DNA of 64,000 bases from Balanoglossus misakiensis (Eukaryota > Animalia > Hemichordata). Shown one piece after another: positions 1-13,106 of the stretch. A program made the translations under genes and the position numbers. Every line of letters begins with the position of its first letter. Position 1 is the first letter of the stretch. Under the pieces are notes generated by a model. It ran no database searches. It was not told the origin of the DNA and saw only the letters and a list, made by a program, of their open reading frames with translations. The stretch covers positions 5,696,699 through 5,760,698 of the forward strand of contig CM082581.2 in the NCBI GenBank assembly GCA_040954595.2. The letters are read 5' to 3'.

Positions 1-2137
1 GATGTTTCCAGTCTCTCCTGAAAAACAGATAAATGGGTAAATCATAAACATTTCTATCAAAGTTTCAGGTAAAAAGGAACATGATTGCTTTGAAGTATGA
101 ACTTAAAAATGTTCACACCAAATTCTGTTAAAGTTTTTGCATTGTTGCTTTTGAACTGATGTGTGATATCCAAAAGCGTAACTTTCAATTACTGGTCCTT
201 AGTAGACAAACTGAGATCTTTACCTGCATGCGAATTTCAAGATGTCCTCTAAAATCTCCTTCCAGGGTCTGAGATACCAGTCTTCTCTGTACAAGCTCAC
301 TGATTTCACTGACCAGCTGTTCTCTCTGGGCTTGGCGAAATGCTTCAATACTGCTGACTTGTCCTGGCCTGTAAAGGCAAAGATTCAATTTTCACTTGCA
401 GTTGATTTTTAGCCCAATTTCTGTTACTATTTTCAGATCACCACATTACACTACTATTTGTTTTATTATTACGTTACGAAAAGCAAAAGTGTAATTTATC
501 ACTTAAGTCTTTGCACGTTTTAACAAATACTGAACACCTCTGCAAACTGAACAATTTCTTCAGTCCAGTTTAGACTGTTTTACTGTACATGTGTAGGAAT
601 AAAGTGTGGTATGGTGATTTGTGTTCACTTACTGTTGCATATTTGGTGGTGTAGATCGCTGTCGTTGCCATGGGTAGACTCCTTGTGTCGGATACGGGGA
701 TGGTGCTGGTGAGCGTTGCATCTGTTGCCATGGCGGCAACCTCTGCTGTGGCATTCTCTGCATCTGAGGCTGCTGTGGCGGTGGGCCTCCATGGTACATT
801 ACTTGCTGTGGTGGTGGTGGTGGTTGCTGCCAGGGGTGTGCCATGTTGACTGGTGGTCTTGGCATGGCCATGGGCGACCAGGCGTGCTGTGTGTGGTGGT
901 GAGCGCCAGCTGGTGGCATGAACTGACCCTGGTAGTGGTACAGGGGCGGCTGATGAGCCACTGGATACTGGGCTGGCAGCGGTGGGAGCTGAGGCATCAT
1001 GGGATGCGGTTGTTGCATCGCGGCAGAGAGATCCGGCGGTACCATCGACGGCGGGGCTGGTGGCCACGACATGTGGTTCTGTTCCAGCGACGACTGCGAG
1101 CTGATCGCGCTGCTGTAACTCGACTGGCTCGAGGTCTCCCAGTTGTCGTTGGCAACAGCCCGCGCGGCCACGGCGGCGGCAACCATGTCCTGTTCCCGCC
1201 TCGCTCTCTCCGCTTCACGCTCCTGCCTCACGATAGTTCCACGGATCGTGTTCTCCAACTCCCGCTTGAAGTCAGAACTCCCCAGGGCCGATGTCACTCG
1301 CCTCCTTTCGATTAAACCACTCACTTCCAAAACCACGGGATCATCTGATCGGCGCTCCGGACGTCTGTTACTGCTCGGATTGATCTGCTCTTGAAGAAAG
1401 GTTTCTACTTTCTCACGAGTGTCTTTACCTGTCACAGGCTTCTCCCCATGTTGGAGATTCCGCAATTCATACATAAGTTCACTGTTGATAAAATAAGTTA
1501 TACTTTTAGGTTATTCTTGTACTGTATTTTTACACAACAAAGAGGCACAAAACAACCAATCATGATCTCCTTCCAGGAGTGAGGGGGGGGGGGGGGACAA
1601 ACAGCAATATTTCACAGTCACCAACACTTTTCATCTTTTGACATAGTAAATTGCTTAGTACCAGAATGCAGAGACCCTCTACACTCAATAGAAGACCCCC
1701 CCCCCCATTAAATTGTATTTATATATTCTCGCGTGAATCGAGTTGTTAATTTGAGAGCCTGTGTCATAATGTACGTACACGCTCTGTGCTGTTGCGCGTC
1801 AATTTATATGTTTGATTTCTTTCAATAAATGTGTGTTTTGCATGTTCGGAAATGGACAACCACCTGTTGATGTGGGTTGCTGGTTTCGACCACAGTCACA
1901 CAACCTCTCCCATTTTTCGTGCTTGAAGAACCATATGCAAACAAAACAACATCAGTACCTTCGTTGTTTCTGAACAAGTTTCTCCCACGCAGGATCGCAC
2001 GTTGCTGCACCTGCCGAGGTTTTGCCAGTCGCCTTACAATCTGTCATGTCTGTGGTGTCAAGATCAAACCTCACGTCCTCTCGACTTGAGCTGCTTGAAG
2101 ATGAAGGCGACGACGAAGTGCACTGAGCTTCTGCCAT
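1..2137 (-). CDS. 5' portion of a multi-exon gene, probable RING/U-box superfamily (plant PIR1/PIR2-like) E3 ligase; continues beyond left edge
   Basis: In-frame GT-AG splicing: exons 2137-1959 (MAEAQC...KQR), 1481-633 (SELMYELRNLQ... Q/P-rich), 368-224 (PGQVSSIEAFRQAQREQLVSEISELVQRRLVSQTLEGDFRGHLEIRMQ), 17-<1 (ERLET). Phases 2,2,0 are consistent. Repeated motif VSGLIERRRVTSALGSSDFKRELE / ISELVQRRLVSQTLEGDFRGHLE recalls the L-S-R-R-S-V-S-x-L-x-S-x-F-R motif of the plant RING/U-box family; the RING itself is not in the window, so family call is tentative. Confidence 0.6.
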
Positions 2138-2490
2138 AATGCCGATTGCAAAAAAACTGCAACGTCTCGATCCCAGATTAACGTTGCTGCAAACTGTGTC
2201 ACTGAAACTTTTTGCACCGGCTTATAAAGCCGAGTGGGCGTGTTAGCATGACTCACGTATTTGAACTTCGCTTCTTGACAACGACGGTGACATCACTTTC
2301 CACTTCGAGCGCCTTACCTCATACCTTCCGCGGAGATTCCAATGATGTCATTTTTAACACGTCTGATTGGTTTTTAATGTAGTCATGTGACCCAACCTTT
2401 GTTATGGTAATTTTCAATTTTCTGCTGAGAAAGTATTTCCGGTTCCTTTGTAGCAGACGAAGTTGAGCAGAAGACAGATCCGCGGGAAGA
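2138..2490. promoter_or_regulatory. Putative bidirectional promoter/5' UTRs between RING-like gene and CCDC172-like gene
   Basis: Divergent ATGs at 2137 (-) and 2491 (+), 353 bp apart; CpG-containing, TGACTCA (~2250), CCAAT (~2339) and ATTGG (~2366) boxes, TGACATCA/TGATGTCA CRE-like words. Confidence 0.55.
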
Positions 2491-5400
2491 ATGAGTCTCG
2501 ATGAACTTTTCGTTCAGATTCTTCAATCGGAGCAAAAAGCCCAGGCAAGACGAACTTTTTTGACAAAAAGTAAGTTGAATGTTGTATTTGCTAAGCCATA
2601 GAACGTGCAGCGACAAAACAGGACACCAATTTGTCATCGATTTTGACTTATGCGTGACTGCTGTGTTCAATATCGGCGAGGGATTGCGTGACTGCTGTGT
2701 TCAATATCGGCGAGGGATTGTCAATTACATCGAGCTTATCATAATCAATATCATGCTTATTGCACCGGACTATCACAAATTGACAATGATCTAATGACAC
2801 CCGATAAATTGTTTTAATGGGGCAACTCCGTCGGACCAACTGGTACTGCGTCGCACAATTTTACAAAAGGATGACAAAACAAAATCACTCGGCCAGACAA
2901 CCCCCCCCCCCCCTCCCACATGATACACACACACCCTACCCGGCCCCACCTCGAAATACATCACATGATTATTTTGTGTTCATGTTGCATACTTGCATGA
3001 TCCATCTCTCATTCTAAAACACCTCATCTATCACATGTATCACGTAGGTATTTTATTCTATAATACATTTTGTTTTTGTTTATTTTTTCAGTCAAAAATG
3101 AAACATCACAAATTCAACAAATGATAAAAGAACTAGTGGAGGAAACAGAAGCATTGAAGGGACACTTGGCGATAAAGGTAGGTTAACTAAGATTAATAAT
3201 ATTATATCATGCAACTGACGCCATATAGCACGTACTCACCCAGTGGCTCGTGCTATATGTCTCCAGGTTGGGGGTTATTGCTTAATTAACAGAATAAATA
3301 AACAAACAAACCGACACTGAACTTATGTCAGGTTGCAATGTTTCCTATTGTAATTTTGTCACAGTATCAGGTGCTTGCTGATGAAGAGTTGAAGAGGAAA
3401 TGGCTGAGTAGTAAGGAAAGGATTCTTCAAGAGCAATTTCAGCAGCTTGTGTCCACAAGAAACACACTTGAGAAATATCTGGTGAGATTTTGTTCTTGGA
3501 TTGTTGAGTATCATTATGAAGTATTGACTTGTGCATGGTAAATTTTGTGTTATTTTTATCGCCATTGCTTTACCCAACCCTTCTAGGCACAACCATCCAA
3601 AGGTACTGGGAAATAGAATTATCATTTGACTTGAGGCAGTTACGGAAAATAGAGCACCAGCAACACACGAATGCAAATATGGATATAATTTGATTCTAAC
3701 AACACTGGTGTCTGTATGTGTATGTCTGTCTTGATGTTTTATCCTACTCTTCTATGGTTAACCATTGATGATGAAAGAAAGAGGCTAAAGAATTCCAAGG
3801 AAGCAAAACCTTCATGGCTGAAGTGAAAGTGTTCTGTAAGAGATATGACCTGTGTGGAAATGGCAAAAGCCTGCGCCGGGATGAAACACAGGAGAAAATG
3901 AAGAAATTGGTGCAGGAAGAAGTGCTTCTAGAAAAAGGTAATATTACACCACACTTTTTCTGTAGAAATGTTTGTATAGGTCAATTATGATTGTGTAACA
4001 TATCACAAGCATCATGCAACATGATACATGTATATCATTATGCAGTACATCGGTATTTTCAGAGCTAGCTGACTTTAAAGCTCATGAAGAAAGAGTACAG
4101 TGCTTGGAAGAAGACAAATGCCTTCTGGAAATGGAGCTAAATGAAACGAAACAGAAAATTCAAGGTAGTAGTTAATATATACATTTATAATATACCTCAT
4201 GCTAATACTGTGCCGTGATTCGCCAGAATCCGTCACGTGATAGGAAAATAGAATCGACTATGAACCGATAGGGAAATAGCAGAAAAAATATAAACCGGTC
4301 ACGTGACCAGCGTGAGTGCGCAGACTCGGTCACGTCAATCAGCGTCGCGTCGTCTGACACAATGGCCACCGCTGAAGATGTCGTCTGCCAGCCTCAAGAG
4401 AAAATTTGCAAGATTTTCCCAGCTGTTAGCATGAGGTTTATTATAAAACACCTATAGCCTGGCCTATATTCGGGCCATAGCAGCCGTTTTTACCCCCTCG
4501 TGACTGTGAGTTACCAGAATCATATGCTATTTCCCTCGGCCTACGGCCTCGGGAAATAGCATATGATTCTGGTAACTCACAGCCCCTCGGGTGTAATAAA
4601 CGGCCGCTATGGCCCTCATGGCCAGGCAATAGGTGTTCAGTATAAGAAAAATATTTTTATTTTCCTGAACACATATTTCATCAAAATGTAATTTCTTTGC
4701 CATGTGAACCCCTTGTAAATGTGAATATACGATATCCAGTTTATGCAATCGCATATTTTTGTTCAAAAAAAAGACATGATCAACGTTTCTTACTGTTTCT
4801 TTCAACCACTTTTAGATTTGGATTCTCAAATTTACAGAGAACAAGCGGCCATTACAGCATTGGAAGAAGAGAAAGGAAATGTTGCTAAGAAGCAACAGAC
4901 TGACCCTGAATTTCAGAGGTATGACCTATCACCAAAGCCGCCAAGCATTTTAATTCACATCATCATGACATTTAAAACACTTGCTTCGTTGTGTACGTAT
5001 TTTCAAGATGTAAACAAAAGTAGTGCCATGGTTTGACACAAGGTGGCGTCCCGTCCGATTCCCCGCTCCTCAGTTTCATTTCACAGACCTTCACCCATCA
5101 CTTCACCTTTTTTTGATATCACACAATGACCCACCACATTTTGGTATAGAAATCACCGGATTGAGTGATAGATTAGCTCATGGTAAAGTCTTACTGATTT
5201 GTTGCAGGTTACAGATGGAGCTGGAGGCATGCAAGGCAGACACCATGGAAGATATGTGCGAAGCGTACAGATTGGAGTTGCAACAACTTCAACAAAAGCA
5301 ATGGCAGAAACAACTGAACAAATCGTTAAAACAGGCCCATTCGGGTGAAAGGCAAAAACTCAACAAAAGACAGGTAGTTTCAATAGCAATATGATGTGAT

Positions 5401-5968
5401 TGTCCTAGTATAAAGGGGGACATTGATATTTGATATTATGTTATATTAGCAACAACACTAAAATTGAAGTCAGTACACATAATTATATCATAATAAATAA
5501 ACTTATCATTTAATCTCGTCTAAGGGTGTTTTTGATGACAAAGTATAATTTAGCATGTTGACACATTTTCGATTTCAGACAATGCCAGGCAGATCGGCTC
5601 ACATAAATCCCTACAAAAGGGAGCAGCACACTGTTGACACAGATGCACACTTGTACCCTCAGGATGAATCGAAAAGAAAACTTGGAGAGAAAGATAAAAC
5701 ACAACAGAGCCTGGCAACTAGAATATCAAGTAGAACAAACCAACATAGATCAAGCAGAATGTTATCATCAGCGTAAGTTTAGACACTTAAAGCATTTTTG
5801 TCGTGTACATACCAATATCATTGGTCTGAATCCAGCGTACTGATTTGCTGAAGGTTGGGTTTATACCGGTACTCTGAACAGATACTAGAAGACCACCTGA
5901 CAAGAGTGTTTCTTTCTACTTCCAGATATCTGCCACCAAGGGCAAAGAAAGTCCATTTTAAGAAGTAG
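2491..5968 (+). CDS. CCDC172: Coiled-coil domain-containing protein 172-like
   Basis: Exons 2491-2569, 3092-3177, 3365-3481, ~3778-3937 (acceptor uncertain), 4063-4164, 4816-4918, 5208-5373, 5579-5772, 5926-5968 (TAG; AATAAA at 5971). N-term MSLDELFVQILQSEQKA matches CCDC172 MSLESLFQHIIFTEHQA and EEKGNVAKKQQTDPEFQRLQMELEACKADTMEDMCEAY matches [38 protein letters not shown]. Confidence 0.8.
2651..2720. repeat. Perfect 34-bp tandem duplication in CCDC172 intron 1
   Basis: tgcgtgactgctgtgttcaatatcggcgagggat at 2651-2684 and 2685-2718. Confidence 0.9.
4190..4645. mobile_element. Non-autonomous palindromic DNA element (MITE/Crypton-like) in CCDC172 intron 5
   Basis: Short IR cctcatgctaa (~4195) / ttagcatgagg (~4426) followed by ~100-bp-arm hairpin 4441-4645 centred on ccctcggcc-tac-ggcctcggg; CpG-rich relative to the surrounding intron. 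Superfamily is an inference. Confidence 0.65.
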
Positions 5969-6942
5969 GAAATAAAGTGTGTTACTACAAGTATGGATTA
6001 CAAGTGTTAAAATCTGACAACACTAAAGGCATCAATGTAGCAATTATGGTGGCATTGTATGGTGGCAAATAGAAGCAGATTTTTCTCAACCATGGATTTT
6101 TTACAACTGATGCATTTTATAAAGTGGTTAGTTTTACACAGTGGTTAGTTCTAATGTTCAACAACTCCCATTCAGTACAGCTTATTTCCAGAAGGCATTT
6201 CCTATCACCACATTGTCTCATCTGATCATGACAGATTTCAACAGGCCACTTTCTTTACAATCCTCGGACTGGCACCATACCAGTGTCATGAAGGTTTCCA
6301 GGACCAGCAAGGGGAACATTGTCCCAAGTAAACCACCAATTCATTTAATTTTGAAATTATTTTATTTTACCATCAATTCCTGTTTAACAATCATTTGTGC
6401 TATAAAACATACAAATTTTTCTTTGTAAACTGTACAGTGATTGCTTGACTTGATAAGTGTGGACCGTTGCCAGGTTTCAACTTTCATCACTTCACTCCAA
6501 TGACTGAGTTTCTCATGAAAAAGCTGTTGTATCATTAGAAGGCATTCATAGAGCTCAAAAACAAATTTTGTCCAGTTTATTTTTCAGTCAATACATGCTG
6601 TAAATGAAACAACTACAGTGAAATGCGTCTACGTTAGGAGTAATATGCACCGAAATAAAAATATTGCGGGAGAAGTTAATATTAATACTGTTTGCTGGGT
6701 AAGTACAATTGAAATGTTCACACTGCATACATTAAAATGTACCAGTAAACTTGAAAATAGGTCTTGTCTACCATACCAAATTAAATGCGAACTATCAAAA
6801 ATGAACGGCATATGATGAAATACTGAGGTATGAATTCCTGTTTCACTCTCAAAGCTTATGGTAAATGGGTCAACCTATTAACTACAATAAATGCTTTAAC
6901 TACTTAACGTGCCTGCACGATTTTTGGGGAAAAGTAGCATGC

Positions 6943-7033
6943 TTAAACCCACAACCCCATTGCCTCAATAGAGGTCCAACTTAATCATACAGAACAATCG
7001 ATATGGATCAGATCACAGCAATGAAAGGGTTAA
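6943..7033. mobile_element. piggyBac-type MITE (family A), diverged copy
   Basis: TTAA...gaaagggTTAA ends; internal agaggtccaac.t.a.cata shared with the copy at 15392-15484. Confidence 0.6.
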
Positions 7034-7339
7034 TGTGGTTCACGACTACAAACAGACAAGGTTTTGCAGTGAAGGCGGAAAAATAAACTAAAATGTGCCT
7101 CAAGGCCAATTTAAAAATTCAAACCATATATTACAAGTTTATCACTTCTCAATGAGGTAAGTACGCGTGCTCATTGTAAACATGCTTATTCCATGAATAG
7201 GTTTAAAACGATGCCTAAATTTCCCCCCCCCCCCAAAAAAAAGTAGTTTTTAAAATGCCATGTGCTATACAATGGATGTTGCTAAATATATCCTAGACTA
7301 TATGAGTGAATGTGAGCTTTTCTTATACGTGGCAAATCA

Positions 7340-10300
7340 TTATTTGACTTCATCATAGGCCTTGAAGCCACTACCAAGCGCTGCATAATCATACGGATTA
7401 TCATCAGAAGTTCTAATGCTGTCCATACTAGGTATGGGCACCGATGCACTTTGTGACAATGGCTTGTGGGTGAAGTATCCTCGCTCGTCTTCTTGTAGGT
7501 CGACAGGTTCCATGGTGCCCCGCGCACTTTGGCGAACGGTCTCGTACTGTCCTTCGTCGTCGTCCACCATAAACTTGCGAGCTTCCTGGTTCCCCATGTC
7601 TTCCAGCGTGTCGTACGTGGACGCTGCTGCCGAGGACAGCTGTTTGGACACCGCCGGTTTCTTCTTCATGGGGTTCAGCTGGAGATGGTCGTACGCTTCG
7701 GACAGAGACGTGTCTTCGCTTTCCGCCGGTTCGATCACGGCGTCTTCGTACGTGTCCTCCAGAGCGGGAGTTGTTTTGGGCACCGCGTAGTCCTCCTGGT
7801 CCGGGTTGAAAGTATTCTCCACGTGAATGTTGACCATGCGCCCCTGCTGCTTCCAGGCTCCTTTGCGGTCCTCCGTTTCCGAGTACGCGCTCTCCTTCCT
7901 CTCTTGACCCTTGACCCCGCCGCCGCCTTTGTGGATGCTTCCCGGTTTGTCTGGAATGGGCGGTTTGGGCTTTTTCGCGCCGGGGTCCGACTGCCTCCGG
8001 GACCCCGACTGATCGAACTGGGCGCTGAGTTCACTCACCGGTCGCGGTCTCGTCTCGGGGCTCCGTTGTTGCGTCGTGGTGGCGCGGCCCGCGGGCACCG
8101 GCGGCAGGCTCCGCTGGGGCGTGAGGATCGGCGACGGCTGTTTGCCCGGCGGCTGCTGCGAGACGGGGCTCTGCGATAGCGACGACACTGGTATTGGCAC
8201 TGGTGGCTGCTGCATTGTTGTTGCTGCTGCTGGCGACGTGGAACCGAGACTGGGCTGCGCGTGGATGAGCCCGGTGTACCCGTGCGTTGTGGGCGGCGCT
8301 GGCGGGGTGTAACCGGCCGGAGGTTGAGGTTCCACGGGCGTGGTGTCTCGGACGTTGGGCGGGAGTCCCTTCAAGTCCCGCACGTTGTCGTCGACCGTGT
8401 AGAAAATCTCGTTGCCTTCCAGGGTGCTGAACTCGAAGACGCCCGGTCCGGAGTCGCACCGCCGGCCCGCCTCGAAGGAAAACATGGTGCGATCTCTGCC
8501 GTACCTCCGCAGATATTTGTACGGCCACACGAACATAGTCTGAGCAGTTTCCGGGTCCACGAGAGCAATGTTGACAGAATCCAGCACCAGGTCATAGTCC
8601 CCGTGCAGTTTTAACTCTGCGGCCTTCTCTAAAGGCTTAATTGTTGTTCTGAAAACCTTCTCTGAAATGAATAAAAAATAGTATACAAATGTATATGAAT
8701 TGGACCAAGAAAAACACAGCACTTTTGGCTTATTGCCGGTATGTATTTAACTATGAGTATTACTTCCTAGGTATAAACACAGGTTTAAGTTCAAGTGATA
8801 CTCAGACCGTTCAGGTGCTCTGTTCTGCTCATTAGTGAACTGTCCTGCAATAAGTCAGTTCCACACCAAAATTTCTGCGTCGTACTTGCATTTGATAAAC
8901 AGAACAACAATGCCAGACATAAAGCCAAAGATACAGCTACACGTCCCTTTATTTGGTGCTTTCTTAGTACTAGCATGTTCCCTACAAAGAAAGAAATAAT
9001 TGCAAACGTTTATTCACAAGAACCGATAAACCCACTTACTTTGTATTGACATGTACGCCACATTCTCCTGACCGCTGAATTTCTCGGCAAGCGCTGCCAT
9101 TGTCGAATCTCTCGCATTATCGACGTGTGAATCCACGCTATGGTGGATGTTTTCCGACGGCCCCGCGTCCGATATGGGCCTCCTGGTGTTCCCGCTCGAA
9201 GCGCCTCTCAACTGGTTTATCCACTTGTCGAGTTCTTCTCTGGAGTCGGCCGCGAACCCGTGCATTTTGGCGTCGGTCGTTATTTCAAAGTAGAATTCTT
9301 TGCTTTTGTTCTTCGTGGCTTGGACTAGAGAGCTTCGGTCCACGGCGATGGTTTTCTTGTTGGCAGCCTGGTCTCTGTCGACGCTCTCTTTGTTGTCGTA
9401 CATGTGAAGAATGGCCTTGCCGTCGTCTTCGAAGAGGGATAACACACACCATTTCTTCTGCCAGGGTTTCTGTGTGTGGGATACGATGCAGAAATAGCGT
9501 TAATGACACTGCGCTACCATTTGATTAGCCATAATGAAAATTCAATGTATAACATACTACACATTGGTCCTTTGTGGAAATGACCAGCATAATATACTGC
9601 ATCCATTGAGGTTATCAGGTTATGTTTACAGTTATTTATATCAGCTACAAAATAGTGAGGTCAGACATATACGGGGGCCTGTGATAAAACTCTTCTGAAA
9701 AGCATGTGCCCATACATGCATATAATCATGCCTGTTTAGTGTATGTGTCAAAATTCTGTAACATCAAACTCTGGATTAACATAACAACAATAAAGTCGGT
9801 TCAGAGTCAGTAAACTCTGAAAAGTTACTTGAGTAGAGATTTTAATTTCAAAACTTCTTGTCATATTTTACTTTTGATGCAGCTCTACGGTTGCATGACC
9901 AACATTTACCACTGACCCAGGAGCAAAGGGTCTACACTCGTATGCATGACTTGCAATGACGCTTTATTAAATGGTTGTGTATTGCAGTAATACCAATGGA
10001 TAGTTTAACAAAACACCATGCATACAGCAGATTTCACAGTGAAACTGTGAACAAATGTGGCACGCTACCATGTCAAAACATGAAATATCTGCATGTATTC
10101 CCACGCCCATAATACATCACTGATAATACATGTAGTAAGAAGTTTATTGTGGATGGAACAAAACGATTTTATCAACACCTCATAAATCAATCAACACCTC
10201 ATAAATCAATCATTATTGTTGATTATGATTGAATGCAGATGGGGAAAAAAATCAGGATCCCACGCTGCTCACCAGGCAACTCTGCTCTGCAATATTATAC

Positions 10301-13106
10301 TGAGACAATTTCTGTTGTAAACAGTATGCATGTAGCAAGAGCCAAAGTCAATCTTGCACATGTAACTGTGATTACCTATATGGCACTCACCTATCACCAA
10401 AAGTTCAATGTCTGATTCTAAAGAAACTATAACTCCAGGTTTCCAATACTTGATTTTTGCTTGGTAACACCCCCCACACAGACACCTCACTTAATTTACG
10501 ACACAAAAGAGAGATATTCATGCTTAAGGAAATAGGGAACTTGGGATCTTAATTTTAACACAATCGGTTTACGTTGGCAACTAACAATGAAATACACATT
10601 TATCAATAAACTGTCATCGGACATACTGGCACACTGTGGGGACAACAGCTTCAGTATGGCTCACCTCAATACCAATTGGGAAAAGTATGAGATAGCATCA
10701 TTAATTTCACTTTTGTGTCTGAATGCCTGTACGTTTGTATGCAAAGATCGATCTTATTTTGACTGGGACGATATACATCGAAACCTGTTGTTGACAGTTC
10801 CCATAAAAACTAAGGAAGCAGGATTTTCTGAGTCGTGACACAAGCTCTCAGTAAAGTCAACATGACTTCCTATCTGTCACCATTGAAAGGTTTGTAATCA
10901 ACAGCTGAATATTCAGGTTGCTATCAATGACAGTATCATTTACGCTCGTGATAAAATCCATGCTATTTATAGAAATATGTTTACAGTGAAATCAGAGCAT
11001 TCTTACGAATATGGATCCATTTTGAATTTCATGTAAAAATTACAGTGTTTCTGCCAGTGTTTGTTTCTACTGGCACTTGGCAACACATGTCAAATGAGTG
11101 ATCGTAATTGATACAAGCGATATCATATCTAGAACTAACGTGGAAAATGTTTTATCTAAAAAAGCTATGAGACTGGCAGGTGGCTTGTTCATATGATCCT
11201 GTATTAGGGATCAGCTTTGGTCTGTGTCTTTACTTGCAATGTTGTGTTGGTGTCTGACTTGGGGAGAAGTACAATATCTGACTACACCTCCTTGCCTCTG
11301 ACCGGGACCAAGGACAAACTTGAAGTGTTCTCTCTTGGTTTTGTCAGTTCAAACTTTAGGCCAGACCTGACCCCCCCCCCTCATCCCCTTTATGCCAGAC
11401 CTAATCCCCCTATCCATAATAAACTAGACCTTCTTTGGTCTAATACCTATAGCATGTCCACATTAATTACAGTGACCACACCTAGGACTGACATGTGTCT
11501 CATGGGAACCCATTAAGTAATTTATAAAGTGAAAAATTTGATTTGCGGCCAAAAATATCCTTTAGGTATGCTACCGTAAACTGATACTTTGGCTAAACCA
11601 ACTATCCTGGTACATAACTTTACATAATACCATGATAGTTTCATATTTCACCGCCAACGCACTTTTGTGACATCACTGTATGTTGGAAATAGTCACAGAG
11701 ATTGCAATGTGTGTATTTAGCTCTGCTGCACTGATTACAGATGCATGTGCTGTGTTTTGCTCCCCAACGAGTTGAATGGAAAAATTTGGTACAATGACCA
11801 GGGGTAATAATTGCTAAGGCGCACTGAGATACATTAAGAAATCAATTAATATTTGTTTGTTTGTTTGTTTGTTTGCTTGCTTGCAGAGTTAACCATCAAC
11901 AGTAAAATATCTTCAAACCATTTGCAAATATCTGCCAACATCACTTAAAAGGACCTCACATGAATAAACAAAAGCTACAATTTCCTTTTTTTTCAAACCT
12001 GTCATGAGGACTTGCTTTGTACTGGAGCAACAGGTTGCAACTGCATTCTTCAGAGGATTATTTTCTGGATTGAGTTACACAAACTCAGTGGAAAACTTAC
12101 ACTAATCTCTCACTATCAAAACGGAACCGTTCACCTCACAAATAGTCTTGGATTATTAGACTGTGAATAATTACTTATTCTTATACTTGTTTTCTCCACA
12201 AACGTGGAGAAAACAAGTGACCTGATTGATACAATCTGATTAATATCAGAAGAAGGCTACGCGATGTCTTTTACTTTAATACTGGGTATGGTATTCTTGT
12301 TCTGTCATCTTACTAGCTGGTGGTCAATACAGCTCTGCTGTGATACTTCGCACTAATAAACTAAGTAACTTCTTGGGTTTTTGTGATGAGTTTTATTGTG
12401 CACAAGCAAGAATATGTTATTTACTTCCTGGTTGACTGAAGGCAGGAAGCTGCACTATCTTGTTGACACTGACTGAGCTGAATTTTGATAGTTAGATTAG
12501 CTGAACACACGACATCTCCTTGATTTTTGTCATTTCCTTCTTGGTCAAACTTTACTACATCATGTAAAGTTATGTGTTGTTTGCCATTCTAACAATGTCA
12601 AACTTGATAATAAACACTTGGTTGTACGCAACATTGCACGATGCAAGGTGCATAATTTGAAAGCATTTCCACTTAAACTTGACAGACTGTTGTGTTGAGG
12701 AGCTCATGTCACCTGTAACAGATTTCTTCTGGTTGAAACAAGATCAAGATGTCAGTACATGTACTACTACATGTACATGTAATGACTGTGTATTCAGTAG
12801 AAATGGTTTCCGGGAACTAACAATATAAAACTGAAAACAATTGTAAACTTCGTGTTACGACACTCTGCTTCCATTATGAATTAGGAGAATTCCCGTGTTG
12901 TAACCGGACAAATGTTGTTTATTCTACGAAAATCGTATGAGACACCCACGAGTATGTAACAACATCAAATGCAAACCCGGAAGTAAGTCGATACGGAAGT
13001 AACGTGTAGCAAAAACTCCAAAAAAAAGTATTCGTAAACTTTTTCTTACCACGATATTCTTCTGGTGTTTGAAGAGATACCCTGACACTAAAATTTCGCC
13101 CGGCAT
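7340..13106 (-). CDS. DOK: Docking protein DOK1/2/3-like adaptor (PH + IRS-type PTB + Pro/Tyr-rich tail)
   Basis: Exons 13106-13050 (MPGEILVSGYLFKHQKNIV), 9469-9040 (KPWQKKWCVL...FAADSREELDKWINQL PH domain; ENVAY linker tyrosine), 8661-7340 (WPYKYLRRYGRDRTMFSFEAGRRCDSGPGVFEFSTLEGNEIF, near-identical to the DOK1/2/3 PTB signature WPY..LRRYGRDK..FSFEAGRRC.SG.G.F.F.T..GN.IF); tail with YAVP, YEDA, YDHL, YDTL, YETV, YDEV. Confidence 0.92.
10171..10212. repeat. 19-bp tandem duplication in DOK intron 1
   Basis: atcaacacctcataaatca repeated twice. Confidence 0.8.
12185..12218. repeat. Perfect 15-bp-stem hairpin, probable transposon remnant
   Basis: acttgttttctccac-aaac-gtggagaaaacaagt. Confidence 0.7.

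Noticed and set aside
570-1394. Overlapping ORFs 570-1067(-), 716-1315(+), 1143-1394(+)
   Set aside because: Shadow frames of the GC-rich exon 1481-633; no motifs or splice support.
2651-2720. 34-bp direct repeat of CRISPR-like length
   Set aside because: Only two abutting copies, no spacers, eukaryotic intron.
7416-8614. Several long alternative-frame and antisense ORFs over the DOK last exon
   Set aside because: Explained by high GC3 of the real exon; no independent homology recognised.
8791-8976. ORF with signal-peptide-like stretch / possible extra DOK exon at ~8845
   Set aside because: No donor giving the phase-1 end needed; exons 2 and 3 already join in frame.
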